A stretch of 63,837 nucleotides of DNA. It comes from Candidatus Moraniibacteriota bacterium (GTDB taxonomy: Bacteria > Patescibacteriota > Minisyncoccia > Moranbacterales > UBA1568). The notes under the pieces are model-generated. The model was not told the DNA's origin. It ran no database searches and was given only the letters and a program-made list of their open reading frames with translations. The stretch is taken from NCBI GenBank assembly GCA_043743535.1, contig JAYTWI010000002.1, forward strand, positions 1 through 63,837. Direction: 5' to 3'. This document shows positions 1 through 8,633 of the stretch, in pieces (within the stretch, counting starts at the first letter, position 1; every line of letters starts with the position of its first letter). The translations under genes and the position numbers were made by a program.

Positions 1-101
1 CTTTGTCAAAGAAAATTCCCTGTATGCCGGGAATCGAGGCAGAAGCAAGCTTTTACTTACAACAGATATTTATACACCTTTTTAGGCTTAGTGTCAATAC
101 G

Positions 102-131
102 GAAAAAGGGGCATTAAATTCTAGAACTCAC
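102..131. repeat. Solo copy of the right terminal repeat of the IS30-family element that ends the window
   Basis: The 30 nt gaaaaagGggcattaaattctagaactcac match 63808-63837 (gaaaaagAggcattaaattctagaactcac) with one mismatch. Similarity stops immediately outside, and no transposase is adjacent. Confidence 0.6.
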
Positions 132-264
132 ACTGCGAGTACTCGACTATTTCGAATGCTCGTTTGTAACAACGGGACTATTTTTCTATTTATTTCTACA
201 CCCACCATTCAAAAAAAGATGGTTGGTGTCGATATTCTCTCAAATACCTATGAGAAGTACTATC

Positions 265-861
265 TTATAGTGCTTCCCGACAGATTTTTTCCTCCTCCTG
301 TAGCTTTGCCTTTCTCTCCACCGAAAGAGTGTATGGCTTTCTGACCGCTAGAGCAGTGCCAACTTCTATGGAACTTAAATCTGTGTAAAACCATGGGCTA
401 AAGCATGGGCCTGGCGAGTTTTCCGTACTCGTTTTTGTAAATACAAAATTGTTACCATCGAATCCTACGGCACGAAGCTCAAGACCAACGGAAAGACTTT
501 CAAAGAGAATATTTTCTATGTACGCTGGAAAATCAACGGATTCATTCTGAAGATAATTATTTACCTTACTAGTATCATATTTTACTATCCTTGCTTCTTT
601 CTGTTCATTCAGAATGAAATAAAAGACTTGTGGATTTTTTGGCGACTGGAAAATGCTTCTAATTTGCCAAAAGCTCAACATCTCCAAGGAAGCTTTTAGT
701 TTTAGTTGTTGGGCGAAGGTAAGGGACTTACCTGCCAAGTTTTCATCATTAAGATGTTGAACTGGTTGCTGGGCTACATCCTGTTTTTTCATTCCAACCA
801 AAAAAACCCCTCCAAAAAGGACTACAGCAGCAGTAAACCCTAAAATTACCTTTTTATCCAT
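265..861 (-). CDS. Hypothetical membrane-anchored protein
   Basis: Track ORF 265-906 begins at TTG. An internal ATG (MDKKVILGFTAAVVLFGGVFLVGM) gives an N-terminal signal-anchor helix. No motif recognised. Confidence 0.5.
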   Translation of the reverse strand: MDKKVILGFTAAVVLFGGVFLVGMKKQDVAQQPVQHLNDENLAGKSLTFAQQLKLKASLEMLSFWQIRSIFQSPKNPQVFYFILNEQKEARIVKYDTSKVNNYLQNESVDFPAYIENILFESLSVGLELRAVGFDGNNFVFTKTSTENSPGPCFSPWFYTDLSSIEVGTALAVRKPYTLSVERKAKLQEEEKICREAL

Positions 862-918
862 AAATTTTCTATATTTGAAGGTAGCAATGATGAGATCTTT
901 TGTCAATTAGAAAATATA

Positions 919-944
919 AATAGAGGCTTATATAAGCCTCTATT
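919..944 (-). terminator. Perfect palindromic hairpin, terminator-like
   Basis: aatagaggctta ta taagcctctatt forms a 12-nt perfect inverted repeat. A T-rich tract follows on the minus strand. Confidence 0.45.
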
Positions 945-1054
945 TTAACTCATCTCGCTTGGCGGGACGCGTTTCGAACTTTTGAGTGGGAAGATGTATT
1001 CCCTGATCCTCTCTTTTCCTTGAGGGAGGTACAGAAACTTATAACGCTTGTTTG

Positions 1055-1088
1055 AGAAAGAAAAAGGCCGTTGGGTGATACCAACGGC
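1055..1088 (-). terminator. Rho-independent terminator of the G+C-rich orphan gene
   Basis: Stem gccgttgg / ccaacggc (8 bp) with loop gtgata. On the minus strand it is followed by CTTTTTCTTTC. Confidence 0.6.
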
Positions 1089-1123
1089 ACTCAAGGTAGA
1101 TTTCGCATTGAGGAGCATAGCGC

Positions 1124-1510
1124 CTATGCGTCGTTGAATTGTTGCCAGAACTCATGACGGGTCTTGACCGGCTTCACGACTTTTGCGGAGTTGTGGTCGA
1201 AGAGGAACAAGGCAAACGGATCGTAAGGAAAGCCATGATTCTGCCAGTACTCGACTGCTTCTGGCGCCTTCTTCTCCAGAGCTTCGAGTGCATGAACTTG
1301 AAGCACGATGTAGCCGGGGTAGTCGGGGACTTCGAGTCCCGTTTCCACGTCCCGATTCGTGTCGCCCGGATTGGGCGGGACACCGTCGTGCGAGAACAGG
1401 CACGGCACTTCGACTCCGATCCACTGTTCACGGATCTGAAGCGGCGCTCCACCGCGTGGGGCGGACGTGAAGCAAATCGTTCCCAAATCTTCCATTTGAA
1501 TCTGGCGCAT
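1124..1510 (-). CDS. Hypothetical protein in a G+C-rich patch
   Basis: 128-aa ORF with globular-looking composition. The four overlapping ORFs in other frames are Arg/Ser/Pro-rich shadows. GAGAGG lies about 8 nt upstream of the ATG, and the gene has its own terminator. Confidence 0.55.
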   Translation of the reverse strand: MRQIQMEDLGTICFTSAPRGGAPLQIREQWIGVEVPCLFSHDGVPPNPGDTNRDVETGLEVPDYPGYIVLQVHALEALEKKAPEAVEYWQNHGFPYDPFALFLFDHNSAKVVKPVKTRHEFWQQFNDA

Positions 1511-1761
1511 GAGAAAACCTCTCGTTCAGAAACACATGCCAACTTAGGCAAGATAAGATAAATTAAGCATGAGAAAGACTAGAAGTCAATGACTAAGTTC
1601 GAATCCCATCCTGGGTAACAAAAAACAAGGCTTATTACAGTCTCGTTTTTCTAGCTCCGCCCGATAGCCACTATGAGAACCTCTCTAAAGGAGGGTGTCA
1701 CATCAAAGTTCTGCTATTTCTGCTTGAAGAAGTTTATGGAACAACGCGTTTGAAATATGTG

Positions 1762-1793
1762 ATAAAATGAAAACGAGGCATTTTCTACCTCGT
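1762..1793 (-). terminator. Rho-independent terminator of the 69-aa gene
   Basis: Stem acgagg / cctcgt with a 9-nt loop. A T-rich run (TTTCATTTTA) follows on the minus strand. Confidence 0.5.
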
Positions 1794-1807
1794 CTCTACG
1801 CTATCCC

Positions 1808-2017
1808 TTAGTGACCGGTTATAAGATCGTTAAGGGATTTTATGTTGTTCTCCTTGAGAAAAGTTCCCAAGCGCATATCGCTACGGACACCGAAGTCCCT
1901 ACCGTATTGCTTTTCTATCGTTCCCATATGAGTGTCATCACGCTTGTCGCGCAACTCCCCATCATTGTTCCGAGAGCGGTCACCTTTCATACCAGGAGCA
2001 TCATTTCTGCTTCCCAT
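1808..2017 (-). CDS. Small hypothetical charged protein (69 aa)
   Basis: ATG-initiated ORF with its own downstream terminator. No motif recognised and no clear Shine-Dalgarno sequence. Confidence 0.4.
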   Translation of the reverse strand: MGSRNDAPGMKGDRSRNNDGELRDKRDDTHMGTIEKQYGRDFGVRSDMRLGTFLKENNIKSLNDLITGH

Positions 2018-2233
2018 AAAAGTCTTTGTCTATCTAGGCCATCACCAGCTTAATATAGAAGGCTCCACCGTTTCCTTCTTGTCGCTTATTGCGACCTGCT
2101 GTATATCGCAGGCGACAAGAACGGTAAATGAGATTTTAGAGAGAGATGCCTCGTCTTCAGCTATATATTTTACAGGAAAGCTCAAAAAAATCAAGGTTTA
2201 CCCCACCCCGCTCTCCACTATTTCTGATAAGAG

Positions 2234-2305
2234 TGTCCTCAGCAGGATTTAAACCTACAACCTTGTCGATAGAAGCGACTTGCTCTTCCGTTGAGCCACG
2301 AGGGC
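2234..2305 (-). tRNA. tRNA-Arg (anticodon UCU)
   Basis: Hand-folded cloverleaf:
- acceptor GCCCTCG / TGAGGAC;
- D arm GCTC-AACGGAA-GAGC;
- anticodon loop CT-TCT-AT;
- variable loop AGGTT;
- T arm GTAGG-TTTAAAT-CCTGC.
Deviations are a C2-A71 mismatch, an A27-A43 mismatch, and U instead of C at position 56. Confidence 0.6.
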
Positions 2306-2372
2306 AATTCAACATCGGAACACTCTTCGCTCCCCTCTATCAATGCACGAGTCTCTTCTATTGAAAGCATAG

Positions 2373-5054
2373 CTATTTGGTATTTTCTGTCGCTTGGACA
2401 AACTGACTATAATTTTCTACTTCCCTATAATTCACATCAATCACTTCGAAATGCTTCTTCGCGGAAGCAATTTTTGCTTGCTCTGATGGACGGAGATTTG
2501 TTATATCCCCCTTTGTCTCAATGACGAAATAAACCTTTTCTCCAGAATCATTCCCCTGCAAGTCTCTCTTTGTGGTAACGATTGCCCAGTCTGGATTGTA
2601 GCCACCAACAGGAGTGTCTACCTTGAACCAGTTCGGGAGCTTGATAAACAACTTAATGCGTTCATCACTATCCAAGTCAATCGCAAAGGTCTTCTCAACT
2701 TCTGAATCAAACACTATGGCGTCATAGATTGAATTGTTCACTGTATGCACAGAATCTTTATGACTCGGTATATTTTCAAACTGCTCCACGGTATATGTTT
2801 CAGGAATCAGCTCGTATTGAATCTGCTCTACATAATTTTTGGCAAGTTCCGCCCTGATAACCCGCGAGGCTTCAAAACAAAACTTTTCGGGATTGTTGAG
2901 AAAAGCGACTGTATTGCCTGCCTTTTCAAGAATATCTACGACGGTCTGTCTCGTGAGCTTTGTCTCGTTCTTTATCATTTCAATACAACCCACAACCCGC
3001 TTCACTTGGCTCAGATTATCCGCCCTGTTCCCAATAACACGCCCACTCACTCCCTCTTTTGAGATATTGACACCGATACGTTCAATTTTCATCTGTGGCT
3101 TAGCAATAGCAAGCGCACTAATACCACTCGCGCATTTCTCAATAAGCTGTTCGGTATTCACTCGCACCAGATACTTTGTCTTTTTGGAAATACGCTCCCA
3201 GATAGCATTGAAGTTCTCATCCTTGTCAAAATCTTTCTTGAGCTTCACCGTGACACGCCGTTTCGCATTCGATGGGACAGGAGAAGTCTTGTAGATACCG
3301 TCCTCCACAAACTCACTCTGCAACTGGGAAACATATTCTGCATAACTCTCATTCGCCACAACAGAAAGCAAATTGACGTGAGGAAGAAATATTCGCTCCC
3401 CGTCCTGATTGACGCACAAGCGCATTCCACGCCCTATCTCCTGACGCTTACGGACAGCCGTCATCGTCATTCGTAAGGTGCAGATATTGAAGATATTCGG
3501 ATTATCCCAACCTTCTTTCAATGCAGAATGGGAGAAAATAAACTCAGTAGGCTCATCAAAGGATAATAGCCTTTCCTTGTCCCTCATAATAAGCTCATAC
3601 GCCTCCTGATTTTCGGCTATGCTGGATTCACGCTCCAGATATTCATTGCCTTTCTTGGCAAAATAACCCTTATGGATAGCTACCGTATCAAGGTCTCTCA
3701 GTCCATACTCAACCTTCATACGGTCAAATGCCTTCACAAAAGCATTGCGGATAAAACCCTCTTCCTCTACATAATTAGCAACCTTATCAATGAAAAACAG
3801 AGAAAGGACTTTGACACCTAAGTCTCGTATTTTTGCCCGCTTCTCAAAATGAAGACGGATAGTCTGTTCAATCTGCTCCTGCATCAACTGTTCTCGGTTG
3901 CCACCCACTCCTTCACCTTTTCTCACCTCTACATTGTTTTGAAAGCGCACCATCCCGACCACTCCGAAATCAGGAGCATCGGCATCAAGTGAATCCACAA
4001 CATAACCAGAATATGTGCCGTTTCCTGTTTTCACTGCCAAGTCATCGCCTTGCTTGAGAGAGAGTTTTTTCTTTTTCGAGTTACCATCCTTATCTTTTGC
4101 GATAGCCTCTACTTTGGCCTTGAGGGTCTTGCCTGGCTCCACTGAAATAAGCTCTAGGAACGGCTTGGAAATACCAGTGTCATCATCCGTGACAGAGTAG
4201 ACTTCTATCTTTTTCACCAAACCCAACTGATACGCATCATACGGAGTCAATTGATACATCAGATTGTAGGGTGTCCGATGCGTAGCGGAATAACGGAGAC
4301 GAAAAAGCGAGTTGAACTGTTTGAGCTTTTCCTGTGTTGCCTCCCCTTCCATATTCTGCGGTTCATCCAAAATAAGGATAGGATTCGCCCTTTGGATATA
4401 GCTTATCGGTTGCTCACCCTGCATCTGGTCTCTCGCGGAATACAAAACATTCGCATCTTTGTTGAATGCCCCTACCGTCATCACCATTACATTGATATGA
4501 TTCGAGTCTGCAAAATGCTTCACCTCTGAAATATCTTTTGATCGATACTCATAGAAACGATATGGCACATTGTCATAGAGCTTGGCAATATGTTCTTTGG
4601 TAACTTTTAGGGTCTGAATGACACCCTCCCGAATAGCCACCGATGGAACCAGGATGATGAACTTCTTCCATCCATAGAGCTTATGGAGTTCGAAAAGAGT
4701 GCGGAGATAGACATAGGTTTTACCAGTCCCTGTCTCCATCTCAATAGAGAAATCCATAGGAAGACTTGCTGTCTGCCCCCCGCCACCAATCATCCCCGTC
4801 CCGAGAGGCGCTACGCCAATGCCCCCACTCTGAGCTAGCTTGGTAACTTCAAGATTGTTCCTCTTTTGAATTTTTTGGGTATTCTCTAGAATTTCTTCTT
4901 TTGTAAGACTCAAGAAATTTGGGTATATCCCAAGAAGTCCACTTCCCGCAACCATCCTACTAGCAGAATCTTTTTCTTGTCCTTCAAAAATGTCCGTGAT
5001 AGCCTTTATGGCATCTAGTTGGAAGTCTTGATTCGCATCAAATTTGAATTTCAT
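2373..5054 (-). CDS. res: Type III restriction endonuclease, Res subunit
   Basis: N-terminus MKFKFDANQDFQLDAI. Helicase motif I METGTGKT and motif II ILDEPQNM. C-terminal PD-(D/E)xK-like nuclease signature (NPDWAIV ... VIETKG). The start overlaps the upstream gene stop as ATGA. Confidence 0.9.
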   Translation of the reverse strand: MKFKFDANQDFQLDAIKAITDIFEGQEKDSASRMVAGSGLLGIYPNFLSLTKEEILENTQKIQKRNNLEVTKLAQSGGIGVAPLGTGMIGGGGQTASLPMDFSIEMETGTGKTYVYLRTLFELHKLYGWKKFIILVPSVAIREGVIQTLKVTKEHIAKLYDNVPYRFYEYRSKDISEVKHFADSNHINVMVMTVGAFNKDANVLYSARDQMQGEQPISYIQRANPILILDEPQNMEGEATQEKLKQFNSLFRLRYSATHRTPYNLMYQLTPYDAYQLGLVKKIEVYSVTDDDTGISKPFLELISVEPGKTLKAKVEAIAKDKDGNSKKKKLSLKQGDDLAVKTGNGTYSGYVVDSLDADAPDFGVVGMVRFQNNVEVRKGEGVGGNREQLMQEQIEQTIRLHFEKRAKIRDLGVKVLSLFFIDKVANYVEEEGFIRNAFVKAFDRMKVEYGLRDLDTVAIHKGYFAKKGNEYLERESSIAENQEAYELIMRDKERLLSFDEPTEFIFSHSALKEGWDNPNIFNICTLRMTMTAVRKRQEIGRGMRLCVNQDGERIFLPHVNLLSVVANESYAEYVSQLQSEFVEDGIYKTSPVPSNAKRRVTVKLKKDFDKDENFNAIWERISKKTKYLVRVNTEQLIEKCASGISALAIAKPQMKIERIGVNISKEGVSGRVIGNRADNLSQVKRVVGCIEMIKNETKLTRQTVVDILEKAGNTVAFLNNPEKFCFEASRVIRAELAKNYVEQIQYELIPETYTVEQFENIPSHKDSVHTVNNSIYDAIVFDSEVEKTFAIDLDSDERIKLFIKLPNWFKVDTPVGGYNPDWAIVTTKRDLQGNDSGEKVYFVIETKGDITNLRPSEQAKIASAKKHFEVIDVNYREVENYSQFVQATENTK

Positions 5055-5662
5055 ATTCGCTCACTAATTTTAATTATTTTCCATTTCATATCCATTGGGT
5101 CATTTCCCTCACGATATACATCACTCTTCTTATAGTAAGACAGGTATTTATAAGGAAATTTTTCAATTCCGTTAAATTTTGTAAAAAATTGCGGTCTATA
5201 ACTATATTCATCCCCTTGCGTATCTATATGTTCAATCCATTCATAGGGAATTAGGCCAACCTCAAACGCATTATAATTTTCCTGAATCAAGCCTTCTCCA
5301 GCCTGTAAGCTCAAGTTTCCTTTAGAGTCTTTGTATAACTCCCTCACGCTACAAAAAAATTCCACGCCATCAAATTTCAATGCTTTCAGTTCAGCTCCTA
5401 GATAAGTATATCCATCTCTATTACACTCATTTGTTTCTGGATAATGACTAAGATACTTCTGAACATTTACTAATTCGACCTTACTACTTATACCAGTGTT
5501 TATCCTAGCCAAAATTGGCTCTACCTGTTTTCTAATATTATCTCTATGAGTCAATCTATCCTTCAGATCTAATTTTTTTGATAGAAAATAAACGTGATAA
5601 GCAATAAAACTACCAACGACAATTCCCGTAATTCCCACAATATTCTGCAGTAACCAGGTCAT
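5051..5662 (-). CDS. Uncharacterised membrane-anchored protein encoded between mod and res
   Basis: 203 aa with one N-terminal TM helix (LLQNIVGITGIVVGSFIAYHVYFL) and a soluble remainder carrying no recognised motif. ATGA overlaps at both ends (5659-5662 and 5051-5054). Confidence 0.7.
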   Translation of the reverse strand: MTWLLQNIVGITGIVVGSFIAYHVYFLSKKLDLKDRLTHRDNIRKQVEPILARINTGISSKVELVNVQKYLSHYPETNECNRDGYTYLGAELKALKFDGVEFFCSVRELYKDSKGNLSLQAGEGLIQENYNAFEVGLIPYEWIEHIDTQGDEYSYRPQFFTKFNGIEKFPYKYLSYYKKSDVYREGNDPMDMKWKIIKISERI

Positions 5663-7494
5663 ATAGTCTTCAGCTCAACATTCAAACCGAGGTTTGCTTT
5701 GGCAGTATCATCAAGCGCGCTGTCAAAGCAGATAACCGTCTGGCCTTTGTAGTCTGCCCCGGTCAAAGCACGCACCGTCTCATCGCCCACTTTCCTATCG
5801 AGACATATCAGAAACTGCATTTCTCCGTCAGAAACGGTATATACGGTATTTTCACCAATCTTCGATTCGGTGATTTTCGCATTGAACGAGAAGCCTTCTT
5901 TGACAATGTTTTCGTAGATAATATCCGACACATTCACCTCATCAAACGGCAAGGCTTGTTTGGCTTTGGCAAGATACTCTTCAAAGGATTTCTTGTTTTC
6001 TTCTTCAGGCTTTTCTGGGTCAAACTCAAACTGGTTTTCTCGGTAGTTCGATGCGCCGAGCTTGAAAACTTTGAATCCATCGTCAATCGGCTGTGGTGTA
6101 TCGCCATAGCCTTTGATAACTCTACGGATACGCTCTTTGCTTATATCGGCAATGCTCTTATAGCCAGCTTTGTAAGTTTCACTTTCAACATCAGTAGCCT
6201 CTGGCAATTGCACCAGAATAAACTTCCGATTGCCACCATCTTCTTGGTTCTGCTTCAAAACTGCGTGAGCCGTTGTTCCGGAACCAGCAAAGAAATCAAG
6301 CACAATTTCATCATTATTCTTTATAGTCGCAAGCTGTAAAAGTTTCTGTAAAAGTCCTACTGGTTTTGGGTTTTCAAAAACAATACCGCCAACACTAAAA
6401 ATATCTTTCAATTCTCTTGTTCCTTCTTGATTTGAAGCAACATCCTCAAACCAAGTGCTCGCAAGCATTCCTTCTTCCAATTTTTCACTAAGGAAAATTT
6501 TATATCTTGGCTTACCATTTCCACTACTTGGAAAAACAATCCGATTTTCTTTCAGTAGTTGCTCGTAAGTTTCTATCTTAAATCTCCATTCTTCTGTATA
6601 TTTAACACCTGTCGTAGTTGTTATTTCGTAAATACTCCCCCCCTTATTTGTGCACGGCATTGTTACATAACCTCCTCGACTATCATTATCAGAGTTTTTA
6701 TAATCCTCTGTTTTTATATTCGTAACAATTTTATTTAGGATTGCATCACCACTTTTTTTATAGCAAATGATATACTCGTGTATGGGAGATATATCTTTGG
6801 ATAAATTTGCTTGTGAGTTCCTGCGACGCCGAACGATTTGAGCAACAAATTTTTCTTCGCCAAAAACTTCATCCATTATCATTCTCAAGCGATGTCCCTC
6901 ATTATCATCAATACTCACAAAAATAACGCCATCATCCTTGAGCAGGTTCCACGCGAGCTTGAGCCGTGGATACATCATCGAAAGCCAATCGCTATGAAAG
7001 CGACCGTTTGTTTCTTTGTTTGTCTTTAGCTTGTTGCCCTCACTGTCCACCTGCCCTGTCTGCTCCATATAACCCTTGAGAGGAGCTGTGAAATTATCAC
7101 GATACACGAAATCACCCCCAGTATTGTAGGGCGGGTCAATGTATATCATTTTTACCTTCTCAAAATAGGCTTTTTGAAGGAGCTTCAAAACTTCCAAGTT
7201 GTCGCCCTCGATAAAGAGGTTCTCATTCTCATCAAACTTGATGCTTTCATCTGTATCTGCACGGAGCGTTCCTTTGCTTGGTATGAGAACATTCTTGATA
7301 GCATCGTTCTTGCCTGCCCAAGTAAAACTGAATTTCTCAATATGTTCAAGAGCGGACTCGCCAAGCACCAACCGTAATTTCTCCCAATCAATCTTGTCTT
7401 CACTGAATACCTCAGGAAGTATATGCCGTAGCTCTGCCTGTTTTTCCTCGGAAAGATTCGAGGAGGTGAGATTTACTTTCGTGTAATTTTTCAT
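5659..7494 (-). CDS. mod: Type III R-M DNA methyltransferase, Mod subunit
   Basis: Motif IV IYIDPPYNTGGDF comes before motif I DFFAGSGTTAHAV, the permuted beta-class order typical of Type III Mod and N6/N4 methyltransferases. Confidence 0.9.
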   Translation of the reverse strand: MKNYTKVNLTSSNLSEEKQAELRHILPEVFSEDKIDWEKLRLVLGESALEHIEKFSFTWAGKNDAIKNVLIPSKGTLRADTDESIKFDENENLFIEGDNLEVLKLLQKAYFEKVKMIYIDPPYNTGGDFVYRDNFTAPLKGYMEQTGQVDSEGNKLKTNKETNGRFHSDWLSMMYPRLKLAWNLLKDDGVIFVSIDDNEGHRLRMIMDEVFGEEKFVAQIVRRRRNSQANLSKDISPIHEYIICYKKSGDAILNKIVTNIKTEDYKNSDNDSRGGYVTMPCTNKGGSIYEITTTTGVKYTEEWRFKIETYEQLLKENRIVFPSSGNGKPRYKIFLSEKLEEGMLASTWFEDVASNQEGTRELKDIFSVGGIVFENPKPVGLLQKLLQLATIKNNDEIVLDFFAGSGTTAHAVLKQNQEDGGNRKFILVQLPEATDVESETYKAGYKSIADISKERIRRVIKGYGDTPQPIDDGFKVFKLGASNYRENQFEFDPEKPEEENKKSFEEYLAKAKQALPFDEVNVSDIIYENIVKEGFSFNAKITESKIGENTVYTVSDGEMQFLICLDRKVGDETVRALTGADYKGQTVICFDSALDDTAKANLGLNVELKTI

Positions 7495-7635
7495 AGTAAT
7501 GAGGGCGTTATTTTTTGAAATAGCTATTTTTTCTTTAGGAGCTTGAGGATGTCCTCTTTTCGATAACGCCTCATCTGCTTCTCTCCGATGCGGATAGCAG
7601 GGGGATTTTTTTCAACAGCTCGTAACAATTATGCC

Positions 7636-8619
7636 CTAACGTTTCTGACGAGCACTTTTCCACCAGGCTTCGTTTTGCTTGAACCACTCGACTGTTTTTT
7701 GTAGCCCCTCTTCGAGCGTGACAGTTGGTTGCCAACCGAGCTCGTTCTTTATTTTTGAAAAATTGATAGCGTAACGCCGGTCATGACCAGATCGATCTTT
7801 CACGTGTTCAATGGCGCTTTCATCTTTACCTAAAATCTCGAGCAGTTTTTTCACGATCCAGATATTTGTTTTCTCCTCATTCCCTCCGATACAGTACGTC
7901 TCACCAAGTTTGCCACGATGCAAGATGAGATCGATAGCCCGGCAATGATCCTCGACAGAGAGCCAGTCACGCATCTGGAGGCCATCACCATACACCGGTA
8001 CGGTTTTTCCTTCGAGTAGGTTGGTGATAGCAAGCGGGATGAGTTTCTCAGGAAAATGATATGATCCGTAGTTATTGGAGCAGTTGGAGATAGTCACAGG
8101 CAAACCATAAGTATGGAAGTACGCCCGTACCAGATGGTCAGCGGCCGCCTTGCTCGCGCTATAGGGACTGCGGGGCGCATACGGGGTTGTTTCATCGAAA
8201 GCCGCATCATCTGGGCCGAGGGCGCCGAAAACTTCATCCGTCGAAATATGATGGAAACGTTTCTCAAATTTTCTGGCCGCTTCCAAGAGCACATACGTCC
8301 CCCGGATATTGGTATCGACGAACACCCCTGGCTCCGTGATAGAACGATCAACGTGCGACTCAGCCGCGAAATGCACTACCGCATCACACTGTGCCACCAG
8401 GGGCTCTACCACTGACGCGTCAACAATATCGCCTTTGACGAAACGGTATCGCGGATCATGCTCCCACATCTTGAGATTCTCCATATTGCCCGCGTAGGTG
8501 AGTGTATCGAGCGTCACCACCTGATAGTCCGGATGGGTAGCGAGTATGTGATGGATGAAGTTAGAACCGATAAACCCAGCCCCACCTGTAATCAATAGCT
8601 TCATAACGTTTTGCTTCAT
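7636..8619 (-). CDS. rfbB: dTDP-glucose 4,6-dehydratase
   Basis: MKLLITGGAGFIGSNF Rossmann motif and YSASKAAADH (YxxxK). The track ORF extends to 8715 and overlaps rfbC. I trimmed it to the ATG after the rfbC stop, with AGGAG nearby. The ATG at 8604 is an alternative. Confidence 0.88.
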   Translation of the reverse strand: MKQNVMKLLITGGAGFIGSNFIHHILATHPDYQVVTLDTLTYAGNMENLKMWEHDPRYRFVKGDIVDASVVEPLVAQCDAVVHFAAESHVDRSITEPGVFVDTNIRGTYVLLEAARKFEKRFHHISTDEVFGALGPDDAAFDETTPYAPRSPYSASKAAADHLVRAYFHTYGLPVTISNCSNNYGSYHFPEKLIPLAITNLLEGKTVPVYGDGLQMRDWLSVEDHCRAIDLILHRGKLGETYCIGGNEEKTNIWIVKKLLEILGKDESAIEHVKDRSGHDRRYAINFSKIKNELGWQPTVTLEEGLQKTVEWFKQNEAWWKSARQKR

Positions 8620-8633
8620 TAGCTCCTTACTTT

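Noticed and set aside
1-131. Circular contig or overlap between window start and end
   Set aside because: The shared sequence is only 30 nt. It lies 100 nt inside the start rather than at the terminus, and the flanks do not match. It is an IS-end copy, not an assembly overlap.
3-344. 113-aa plus-strand ORF at the window start
   Set aside because: It starts at TTG and runs straight through the solo IS terminal repeat. It overlaps the 3' end of the minus-strand gene and has no recognisable motif. Most likely spurious.
1139-1561. Four additional overlapping ORFs (1139-1561 +, 1152-1424 -, 1174-1551 -, 1183-1470 +)
   Set aside because: Their Arg/Ser/Pro/Gly-rich translations are typical of off-frame reading of G+C-rich DNA. 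Only the 1124-1510 minus frame has balanced composition, a Shine-Dalgarno sequence and a terminator.
1542-1617. Complete tRNA on the plus strand ending in GTTCGAATCCCATCCTGGGTA
   Set aside because: An acceptor pairing (ACTTAGG / CCTGGGT with two G-U pairs) can be drawn. However, there is no 5' T-stem strand, D stem or anticodon stem, so I kept it only as a fragment.
2231-2242. 12-nt identity (agagtgtcctca) between the tRNA-Arg 3' end and the inner part of the IS30 element 1 repeat (42153-42164)
   Set aside because: The match is short enough to arise by chance at this window size, and I could not extend it. It is not strong enough to claim tRNA targeting.
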